From: Candidatus Scalindua sp.
GTDB taxonomy: Bacteria; Planctomycetota; Brocadiia; Brocadiales; Scalinduaceae
Direction: 5' to 3'
Length of the DNA stretch: 32,000 bases
NCBI GenBank assembly: GCA_031316235.1
Contig: JALDRA010000001.1
Coordinates: 390,001-422,000 of the forward strand
Part shown: positions 8,585 through 16,424 of the stretch, one piece after another
How the letters are laid out: every line of letters begins with the position of its first letter
Numbering within the stretch: the first letter of the stretch is position 1
Translations under genes and position numbers: made by a program
The notes under the pieces: generated by a model
Database searches by the model: none
Seen by the model: only the letters and a program-made list of their open reading frames with translations
What the model was told of the DNA's origin: nothing

Positions 8585-10849
8585 TCAACGAACAGCTCGG
8601 ACACAGTTTTTGAAGCTTGAGTTGTAGTAACTGCAACCGCCATTGACAAAATCAACACCCCAGACAAAAGATGCATTATATGGATCTGAAGTCCAGATTC
8701 TTTCCTGAAGAGCACCAAACTCCTCTTCTATATAAAGAAAAGGATCCCCAGGAGTATCAACTTTCTTTTTACTCTGCTCCAGTAAGGTTAGTGCTTCCAG
8801 AAGGGTCGGCAAACGCCAATCGCTGTACCCGGCAAATTGCTCACCATTCAACTGTACAACATAAGCCTCGGCATCTCTAAACGTGATCTGAGAAGAGCCT
8901 GCCTGCTGCCACATTAAACCTGTAGCCTGATCATTGACCACCTTGTCGCTGTTGATTGTTTTTACTTCAAATTTGTTATCAGTATAGGTTCGTGGTCTCC
9001 CATTATCCAAAACCTTATTAACTTCTTCGTAAGTCAAATACGTCTCTGATTTGTCCGGCAAAGATTCTAATTCCAGTTGCGGCTGAACAGCCGCAGCTTT
9101 GAGGACCTCCACCTCATCTATCTCTGTTATGCTTTTTTCTTTTTTTTTTTGTGTAAGTACTTTTGGCTCCTGTAAATCTATTTCAGCCTTACCGCTATTG
9201 AGAGAGACCTCGGTATAAAGTTTCGTCAATCTGTCAGTTTTATCGAGAAGTGTGTCACAGAATTTAACCATCAATGGTACATTAAATTTTGTACCATTAC
9301 TCTCAATACATTCAGTTGCCGCTTTGTACACTTTTCTCCATTCCATTTTAGTTATAGAATTTATAAGGCCCTTGATCTCTGATGTGTTTTCAGAAACTCC
9401 TTCAAGTGCCAACATGGTACTTTCAAATTCAACTGCAGCATCAAGCATTGAATCTATTCGATACTCTTTATCGACACCCATGCTCGCGGCAAGATAATCA
9501 CGTAACAATTTCTGAGAGTACATCCGCTGCCGCCCTGCAATAGTAATAATTTCTGATAGGGGCACAGGTGACAGGGATTCCATATATGATGTCATCATCT
9601 CATTTTCTTCAAGCAGTTTATCGCTTGCATCCAGGACATCGGAAAACCTATCCTGTACCGGTGCTTGCGAAAGCACCTTTTCGAGCTGACTCCAGTTCGC
9701 CTGGGCCGAGTTAACCGTTTTCGTTAATTCATTACTGTCTGCAACAGGCGTATACATCAATAGTTCATTATAGATTTCACTTATTGTTCTTTTCGCATCG
9801 ATCAGCTCTTTTTCAGCAAGCTTCTTTTTCACGGCAGGATAATCTTTCAGGACTTGAACACCATATAAATTTGTCATCAGCATTGATAACATCCTGGTTT
9901 TTCCACTAAGGTTTAATGCATCATTTATATCACGAATCATTACTGCTTTTGTCTGTCCGGGCTCAACACTTGTTACATCTGTCTGAGACGTTCCCGCAGG
10001 TCCTGCCAACGCACTCCATAAAATGTTGTTTTCCAGAGAAACGGCTGCAGGTTCCTCACCGGTGAATCTCCGTTCTTCAACCGTGGTTCTCTCTTCTCCG
10101 GGAAGGGTTATTTCAAGAAGTGGATTAAACTTGTTTCTGTAAATTTCTGCATGGTGGTATGCTTCCCCGTACATTTCCTTTGCGCTATACAGATCTTCAA
10201 GTACTTTATGTACTGCAACAAATTCAGGATTAATCTCAAGTGCTTTTTTTAGAAACGCTTCAGCATTTTCAAACTCACCCTTGTTTTTATATATAAGTCC
10301 TTTTAAGTAATGAATGTTTGATGTATCCTGATTTTTCTCTATTGCCTTTTGCCACAATAATACAGCATCATCCGGTTTTCCTGTTTTTACGTAAGCATTA
10401 CCCAGATAATAATATATTTCCATTCTTTCAGGGTTTATTGCAATGGCATTTTCAAACAGGAGGATCGCTTTGTCATATTCCTTACTCTTACTTAAGATTC
10501 TACCCTGCCCGATAAGAGGTTCCTCTGATGAAGGATTAAGTCCGGATGCCTTTCTGTATGCATCTAAAGCATCCTTAAGCATGAATTTTTCTTCATATAA
10601 GTATCCCAGATTATAATACGCTTCATAATTGTCTGGATTGGTCATCAGGAATGCTTCGATTTTTCCTGTTGCATCGTCTTCACTTATGCCCTTTTGAGTA
10701 GCGGTAATATTTTCATCGGCAACTGAAGTCAATCGCTTCTGTTTTGCTGGATCAGTAGCAGATTCTTTATTGCCGCATCCCTGCATACAGGAGATAAGAA
10801 ATAGAAGTAGTAAAGAATAATAGATTATATGTCTGTCTATCTGAGTCAT
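8585..10849 (-). CDS. lipoprotein with TPR repeats, an internal PilJ/NarX-type four-helix-bundle sensor-like domain and a C-terminal DUF1566 (Lcl C-terminal-like) domain
   Basis: Lipobox LISC. TPR repeats span aa ~70-240. Aa ~305-548 carry the twin motifs SGKTRMLSM and IAGRQRMYSQKL typical of the PilJ N-terminal domain and are paralogous to the 11874-12710 product. The C-terminus GLMWQQ...YSDWRLPTLLEA...WTSD...VRAVR fits DUF1566. Confidence 0.8.
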   Translation of the reverse strand: MTQIDRHIIYYSLLLLFLISCMQGCGNKESATDPAKQKRLTSVADENITATQKGISEDDATGKIEAFLMTNPDNYEAYYNLGYLYEEKFMLKDALDAYRKASGLNPSSEEPLIGQGRILSKSKEYDKAILLFENAIAINPERMEIYYYLGNAYVKTGKPDDAVLLWQKAIEKNQDTSNIHYLKGLIYKNKGEFENAEAFLKKALEINPEFVAVHKVLEDLYSAKEMYGEAYHHAEIYRNKFNPLLEITLPGEERTTVEERRFTGEEPAAVSLENNILWSALAGPAGTSQTDVTSVEPGQTKAVMIRDINDALNLSGKTRMLSMLMTNLYGVQVLKDYPAVKKKLAEKELIDAKRTISEIYNELLMYTPVADSNELTKTVNSAQANWSQLEKVLSQAPVQDRFSDVLDASDKLLEENEMMTSYMESLSPVPLSEIITIAGRQRMYSQKLLRDYLAASMGVDKEYRIDSMLDAAVEFESTMLALEGVSENTSEIKGLINSITKMEWRKVYKAATECIESNGTKFNVPLMVKFCDTLLDKTDRLTKLYTEVSLNSGKAEIDLQEPKVLTQKKKEKSITEIDEVEVLKAAAVQPQLELESLPDKSETYLTYEEVNKVLDNGRPRTYTDNKFEVKTINSDKVVNDQATGLMWQQAGSSQITFRDAEAYVVQLNGEQFAGYSDWRLPTLLEALTLLEQSKKKVDTPGDPFLYIEEEFGALQERIWTSDPYNASFVWGVDFVNGGCSYYNSSFKNCVRAVR

Positions 10850-10934
10850 CAGTACTCTCTCCTTTTGTTATCATGTTTGAGTATAAGTTACCGAATTGCT
10901 CTCACTTACTGGATTACCAGAAAAGTAAACATTT

Positions 10935-10975
10935 ATCAGTCAAATGCAGAATACTCTATTCTGCATTTGACTGAT
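10935..10975 (-). terminator. strong hairpin at the 3' end of the haem-protein gene (candidate terminator)
   Basis: Perfect 19-bp inverted repeat atcagtcaaatgcagaata / ctc / tattctgcatttgactgat overlapping the last codons and stop. On the minus strand it is followed only by a weakly U-rich aaatgtttactttt. Confidence 0.4.
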
Positions 10976-11735
10976 TCTCAGAAGGATAAGGGAATTTCAA
11001 ACTAATGGCTCCCCGTATCTCTCCTTCCTTATATCCCTCCTTTATTTTATGAGAAATGTCTCTCTCTCCCTCAGGACCTCCATGGCATTTGAGACAGGGA
11101 GTGGTAACATAAAGAGGTAACATATATCGGTATGTCATCGATCCATCGTGATTCGTAACAATCTCTCCTTTCCCTTTCCCTTTCGGGTAACCGCTGGTCT
11201 CAAATTCTTTCAGCACACCCTTTTCAAAGGAATCAGGATGATTCGCAGGATTCCTGAATTGAAGACTCGTCTGCTTGAGATTATAGCCTGCTCCCAACGC
11301 CTTGTTATATTTGTAACCTGTACGTCTCCCAACAATTGCAGGAATCAATTTTTTAAATCCCCTGCCTTTCATGTTCAGTACGTTCTGACTTTCATCGATT
11401 ACGGTTTTTGAAGACATAAGCAGGGTACCCAGGATTTTTTTTGTGGGATCAGGAGAAGAAGCGTCATTTTCAGAAACATCCACACCGGTAGCATCTTTAA
11501 AATGTTTCTTGACCTTGGTTATATAGATATCGCCAGTAAACCCTTTATCGCCTTTTGAAGGATCGTTAAACAAATCCTGATTTTGGGCAATAATGGCCCG
11601 GCAGGAAACAAGCAGTCTGGCAGCAAGTTCAGCCTGCTTTTCCAAATCTTTTTCAACATCTGCAAAGAGATGAGCTGAAGAAATAAAAATGGTAAACAAT
11701 AAAATCAACACTCTGAGCATTAATTTCCTCAACAT
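10956..11735 (-). CDS. periplasmic c-type haem protein, DUF3365 (Tll0287-like) family
   Basis: Signal peptide; single CxxCH site (CLKCHGGP) followed by YKEGEIRGAISLKFP, the arrangement I recall for DUF3365. Start moved to the ATG preceded by GAGGAG (MLRKLMLRV). Confidence 0.7.
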   Translation of the reverse strand: MLRKLMLRVLILLFTIFISSAHLFADVEKDLEKQAELAARLLVSCRAIIAQNQDLFNDPSKGDKGFTGDIYITKVKKHFKDATGVDVSENDASSPDPTKKILGTLLMSSKTVIDESQNVLNMKGRGFKKLIPAIVGRRTGYKYNKALGAGYNLKQTSLQFRNPANHPDSFEKGVLKEFETSGYPKGKGKGEIVTNHDGSMTYRYMLPLYVTTPCLKCHGGPEGERDISHKIKEGYKEGEIRGAISLKFPYPSENQSNAE

Positions 11736-11818
11736 CAGGTACTCCTCTCTAATCAAAAAACATTAAAAAAAATTGGTGCTCTTCGACACACAAGAACAAG
11801 ACCTCCAGGCAAAGCGGT

Positions 11819-11866
11819 TATACGAAAACGATTCGGTTTCAGATTTTTACGTATCAAATCAGCACG
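11819..11866 (+). repeat. partial mosaic repeat copy (5' module only)
   Basis: tatacgaaaacgattcggtttcagatttttacgtatcaaatcagc, colinear with the first ~48 nt of the copy at 16122. Confidence 0.55.
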
Positions 11867-11873
11867 TATATTT

Positions 11874-12710
11874 TCATTCAGCAGCGCTTTGGTCGGAAAC
11901 AATCATGTAGAGTCCTGTTAACCGGTCAGTCTTATCCAGGAGAGTGTCACAGAATTTAACCATCATTGGTACATTAAATTTTGTACCATTACTCTCAATA
12001 CATTCAGTTGCTGCTTTGTACACTTTTCTCCATTCCATTTTAGTTATGGAATTTATAAGGCCCTTGATCTCGGATGTGTTTTCAGTAGCACCTTCCAATG
12101 TTAAAATGGTACTTTCAAATTCAACTGCAGCATCCAGCATTAAATCTATTCGATAATCTTTGTCGATATCCATGCTCGCAGCAAGATAATCACGTGACAA
12201 TTTCTGAGAATACATCCGCTGCCGCCCTGCAATATTAATAATTTCTGATAGGGGCACAGGTGACAGGGATTCCATATATGATGTCATCATCTCATTTTCT
12301 TCAAGCAGTTTATCGCTTGCATCCAGGACATCGGAAAACCTATCCTTAGTTATTTCCTGGGAAAGCAGCTTTTCAAGCTGACGCCAATTTTCCTGAGCGG
12401 ACTTGACCGTCTGCGTTAATTCAGGGCTCTTGGCAACAGGTGTATACACCAAAAGCTCATTATAGATTTCACTCATTCTCTTTCTCTCGGCATTTAAATA
12501 TTTTTTAGCAATTATTTTTTTCCCTGCAGGATAATCCTTCAAGACTTGAATTCCATATAAATTTGCCATTCTCATTGATAACATTCTGGTTTTACCGCTA
12601 TTATTAATAGCCTGCTCCGTATTTTCTATTGTCAACGCATGTACCTGTGTCACGGCTGTAACGGCAAAAAACATAAAAACAAACACTCCGATTGATCTTT
12701 TCATTTCCAA
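11874..12710 (-). CDS. secreted stand-alone PilJ/NarX-type four-helix-bundle (sensor-like) domain protein
   Basis: Signal peptide (VFVFMFFAVTAVTQVHA) and twin motifs SGKTRMLSMRM / IAGRQRMYSQKL. No transmembrane or output domain. Close paralogue of aa 305-548 of the 8585-10849 product. Confidence 0.8.
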   Translation of the reverse strand: MEMKRSIGVFVFMFFAVTAVTQVHALTIENTEQAINNSGKTRMLSMRMANLYGIQVLKDYPAGKKIIAKKYLNAERKRMSEIYNELLVYTPVAKSPELTQTVKSAQENWRQLEKLLSQEITKDRFSDVLDASDKLLEENEMMTSYMESLSPVPLSEIINIAGRQRMYSQKLSRDYLAASMDIDKDYRIDLMLDAAVEFESTILTLEGATENTSEIKGLINSITKMEWRKVYKAATECIESNGTKFNVPMMVKFCDTLLDKTDRLTGLYMIVSDQSAAE

Positions 12711-12947
12711 CTCCTTATAATATTAAATTGGTTTTTTTCTTCTCAAGGTACAGCAACCATTCTTTTATACGGATACTAAAAAAATCTTCGCTGCAAACGA
12801 ATAAACCCTTTACATCAGGTCATCTCAGCTCTTACCACTCTGCGTTACCCATATGGAAAAAACCGGCCGCCGGTCATTCAGGTTCTGCTGTTGCAGGATA
12901 CTTATCACGTAACCTGTTTTGTTCTGAATCTTATACGGAGCTAGTGT

Positions 12948-12997
12948 CTTTGTCAATATGACAAAGTATGACAAGGTATGACAAAGTATGACAGAGT
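12948..12997. promoter_or_regulatory. inverted repeat plus four phased 10-bp direct repeats (candidate regulator-binding array)
   Basis: ctttgtca-ata-tgacaaag palindrome followed by atgacaaagt / atgacaaggt / atgacaaagt / atgacagagt in exact tandem (12958-12997). Lies ~240 bp upstream of the start at 12710. Confidence 0.35.
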
Positions 12998-13135
12998 AAT
13001 ACTGGTCTGCATGAAGAGACGGAGGATTTGTTACCGGGAAGAGGTAAGAAAGGTGTACATGGTTTTATAAAAAGAAAAGAAATGCTATACAAACTTCATT
13101 TTTACTCTTTTTTCCTGCTTCTCCCTGAACAGCCT

Positions 13136-13275
13136 CCCGGATTGTATCCGAAAACCATTATAAGATGAGTAGAATACACCGTTGAGGATGATCCCCGGAC
13201 AAAAAACCCCGGGGACATTGTGAATAAGAATATGGTACTGTTCAGGTGAAACCGGATCCTGAAAACCGATGGTCA
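13136..13275 (+). repeat. mosaic intergenic repeat copy with permuted module order
   Basis: The 3' module (cccggattgtatccgaaaaccattataagatgagtagaata) is followed by the CCCCGGAC module (gatccccggacaaaaaaccccgggga, itself a hairpin) and then an aaaaccgat 5'-module fragment. Confidence 0.6.
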
Positions 13276-13320
13276 ATTTGCAATGGATATGCCGTTCACG
13301 AAACTATAATCAAACTGTTT

Positions 13321-13938
13321 CTATTCGGGTAATTTCCCCATTATGTGGTTCCCCACTATTGCTGCCAGGATTGAACTTCCAATTCCGTTAAAGCGCAAAC
13401 CCAGAGCCTCTATATCCTCAAAATTTTCATCATCGGGGATAACTATGAGTTTTTTATTTATCAGTTTCGCTACACCCAGAGGTATATAGAAATCAATCAA
13501 ACCCGTTGATACATAGAGCCAGTTAAAAACCTCATCTCTCTGATTCATTAATTCTCCGGCAACATTCCCCTCAATAATTTCTTCCAGAATGGTTTTGATT
13601 TCTCCGATTTTTGACTTAGTCGTCTGGATGACAAACTCATCTGATTCATAGGCTTTGATTTTTCTATTGGTATTGCTTGATGAGAGTTGAGCATTCAGCC
13701 ACTTTTTCTGGGTTGGCGGCAGGTCCGGAATTATGCTGTGTAACTGGTCTATTTCTTTTCTCAATGCCTGCGCAAAAGCAATTCTTTCTTCCTTTCCGGG
13801 AGCTGGGTCCACTTTCAAAATTGTTGTACTCTCCGGTGCGGTGAAAGCGACTGATATATCTATCGTCATCACATTCAAACCAAAATATAGTACAATTGTT
13901 AATAAAACTGTGTTAATAAATGCGGTTTTCGTGGTCAT
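13321..13938 (-). CDS. hypothetical membrane-anchored protein
   Basis: 205-aa ORF with one N-terminal hydrophobic helix (FINTVLLTIVLYFGLNVM) and SD AGGAAGGA upstream. No recognisable motif. Confidence 0.55.
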   Translation of the reverse strand: MTTKTAFINTVLLTIVLYFGLNVMTIDISVAFTAPESTTILKVDPAPGKEERIAFAQALRKEIDQLHSIIPDLPPTQKKWLNAQLSSSNTNRKIKAYESDEFVIQTTKSKIGEIKTILEEIIEGNVAGELMNQRDEVFNWLYVSTGLIDFYIPLGVAKLINKKLIVIPDDENFEDIEALGLRFNGIGSSILAAIVGNHIMGKLPE

Positions 13939-13961
13939 ACATATTCCTTCCTGTTTTTCTT

Positions 13962-14141
13962 TTATTTAAAACTAACCATACTTACCCACTTAAATAATCT
14001 CTCACCGCTATTCTGAAGCATTTCTGCAATGGAGCAAAGGGCTGACGGACTGCACATTACCTGGTGAAAAATAAAAATTTGCTGTAAAAGATTATCAGAT
14101 AACGGGTGTGTAATAAGAGACAAAAGGAAATCAGCAGGCAT
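13962..14141 (-). CDS. hypothetical small protein
   Basis: 59-aa frame from the ATG preceded by AAGGAGGA (5-nt spacing), directly upstream of the 13321-13938 gene. No family recognised. Confidence 0.4.
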   Translation of the reverse strand: MPADFLLSLITHPLSDNLLQQIFIFHQVMCSPSALCSIAEMLQNSGERLFKWVSMVSFK

Positions 14142-14416
14142 TTGATTCCTCCTTTGCTCAATCAAGATGAGTGCATGGGGACAGTATCACCTTCCATTAC
14201 AACCAGGATAAGGTTATCCATGAGGAAAAGACTCTGGCATTCGTTAAATCTTTAACCCCTCTGAATATGCTTTGGTTGAATAATAAAGTGATATGTCTCT
14301 AAAATCAAGGATAAAACTGAAGACAAGACCATCACTGATTCCTCGTACTTTATATGTCAGGGTTGTTTATGTATGAGTAAAAGCAACAATCACGCTCCAT
14401 GTGCCTGATTGTCGCT

Positions 14417-15658
14417 TCACTGTGTTTGATAAATATAGTCTTTATATGACCATGGAGCAGTACCGATCTTCCACCACAATCGTACATGCACCGGATTCCC
14501 ATTTATGGGGATCCCTGTTACCTTTTGTGTTCTATTTGTCCCTGTTGTTGAGGCAAATATATCTCCCCATGGCTTAGCGCTTACTGATGGAAAGCTTGTC
14601 CCTACTCCCAGCCAGTACCTGCTGACCCCGGCGCCAACGTCCCATTGAAAGGTAACAGTCGATGTCGTCAACGTCTGGCCCGGTGCCGGACCTGTTATTG
14701 CAGGTGCCTGATTACCGCCTCCCTGTTTTTCATAAGTGTAGTCTTTAGTAAACCATGTACTGCCAATTTGCCACCACAATCGTACATACACCGGATTCCC
14801 GTTTATGGGGATTCCTGTTACCTGCTGTGTTGTATTTGTCCCTGTTGATGAGCCATATATGTCTCCAAATGGATAAGTGCTTACTGATTCAAAGCTTGTC
14901 CCCACTCCCAGCCAGTACTTGTCGGCTCCTGAAATGGGGCTCCATTGAAAGGTCACCGTTGATGTCGTTAACGACGAGCCTGGTGGCGGACTTGTCATCT
15001 CAGGGGCATCTGATGAGCTGATAGCCACCGTCACCGTTGCCTCGTTAGAGGTTGCACCCATAGTATCCTCCACCGTATAGCTGAAAGAGTCGTTATCTTG
15101 AAACCCTAAATCTGGTATATATGTAACCGTGCCGTCCCAATTGTTTATGGCGGTACCGTTGGCTGGAAACTTTGTAACAGCGACCGTTGCAGGGTCAACG
15201 GTACCATTGATATCTCTATCATTGGCAATCACATTAATCTCGACCTGAGTATCCGCAGCCATCATCATCAAATCGTCAACCGCAATGGGTGGTGAATTTC
15301 CGGAGACATAGTTTGTATAAATCACCTCATTTGAGTAGACGCTCTCAACACCTTTGGAATTGTATGATACTACCGAAAGATAATAGGTCTTGTCGACTGC
15401 AAGAAAATCGAGAAGCATGCTTGTCTGTTTATTTGCATTCCGACTTGCATGATAATTCCTGCTTGAATTCCCATAGTAGACTTTATATCCGTCAACGTTT
15501 GTCCTATCTACCGGCGGGTCCCAAAATAATGTTGTATCAGCGAACACAACCCCTGTGTTGCATAAAAACAGCAGAATTGTCAGGATTGGAAAAAGAGAGA
15601 AGAAATCAGCTGTCAAAAAAAAGCGCCGTGTTTTCTTTAATGGTAAAAAATCGTTCAT
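14417..15658 (-). CDS. secreted FN3 / cadherin-like (VCBS-type) protein with two tandem copies of the shared ~93-aa C-terminal module
   Basis: Signal peptide; FN3-like aa 42-116 (LFWDPPVDRTNVDGYKVYYG...YYLSVVSYNSKGVES); PPIAVDD...INVIANDRDINGTVD...DSFSYTVED cadherin/VCBS-like segment; modules at aa 220-312 and 320-413 ending YTYEKQ and YIYQTQ. Confidence 0.8.
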   Translation of the reverse strand: MNDFLPLKKTRRFFLTADFFSLFPILTILLFLCNTGVVFADTTLFWDPPVDRTNVDGYKVYYGNSSRNYHASRNANKQTSMLLDFLAVDKTYYLSVVSYNSKGVESVYSNEVIYTNYVSGNSPPIAVDDLMMMAADTQVEINVIANDRDINGTVDPATVAVTKFPANGTAINNWDGTVTYIPDLGFQDNDSFSYTVEDTMGATSNEATVTVAISSSDAPEMTSPPPGSSLTTSTVTFQWSPISGADKYWLGVGTSFESVSTYPFGDIYGSSTGTNTTQQVTGIPINGNPVYVRLWWQIGSTWFTKDYTYEKQGGGNQAPAITGPAPGQTLTTSTVTFQWDVGAGVSRYWLGVGTSFPSVSAKPWGDIFASTTGTNRTQKVTGIPINGNPVHVRLWWKIGTAPWSYKDYIYQTQ

Positions 15659-15702
15659 CAGAATCTCCTATTTATTTTTTTATAAAGTGTACGTTGCCAC
15701 GC

Positions 15703-15717
15703 TTGTCAATCTGACAA
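15703..15717. promoter_or_regulatory. palindromic TTGTCAATCTGACAA motif upstream of the 14417-15658 gene
   Basis: ttgtca-atc-tgacaa, 45 bp upstream of the ATG at 15658. Same core as the motifs at 6459 and 12949. Confidence 0.3.
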
Positions 15718-16121
15718 TGCAGGTCATGAATACTATTTGAGTTACTGTTACCGCTACCTTACCCCCTAGCAAGAAGCATGCCAAGCTGAATCTTCTGAGT
15801 TATGTTTTTGTGATTATTGAAGTTACAATACTGAAAGCGTAGGTAAGGTGATCAGTCATATGAAGGAAATCTCAAACAGTAAACGTGGAAGGTACGTAAA
15901 CCGGTCGCTTAAGCGTCTGCCAATTCTCAACTTTCAGGGGTAGGCTTATCCATACAACATGTGGTAGCTCTCAATATCCTGGAAACGTGCTTAACTGGTA
16001 AAGGAAGTTAAAGATCTGAAGAGTTGTGGATATATAATGTGTTACGTGAGTCAGAAGAAATTGTGAAAAAACTGTGAATGCACTCAGGCGGCACGTGCTC
16101 CGTAACATCACAAGGAGTTGA

Positions 16122-16233
16122 TATACGAAAACCGATTTGGTTTTCGGTTTTACCGGAAATCAAATCTGGGTGAAGGTATACTCGCTCAATTTTGTCTCGG
16201 ATTTTATCCGAAAACCATTATGAGATGAGTATA
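16122..16233 (+). repeat. mosaic intergenic repeat copy (5' module plus 3' module)
   Basis: tatacgaaaaccgatttggttttcggttttaccggaaatcaaatctgg...ctcggattttatccgaaaaccattatgagatgagtata. Confidence 0.7.
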
Positions 16234-16424
16234 ACTGATGATACGGGTTCAAAAAAACAATCGGGTCTTCTCATCTCTCGTTTCAGGGCCGTCTTCGTCA
16301 GCCCTTCACCAGAACAAACTTCAATTCACCGAGTTACACTCTACCATCCCGGCTCAACCTGCCATTCAGTCTGGCCAGATCGATACTAAACGCGGCAAAA
16401 TACAAAGCTTCTTTTCCTGATCCT

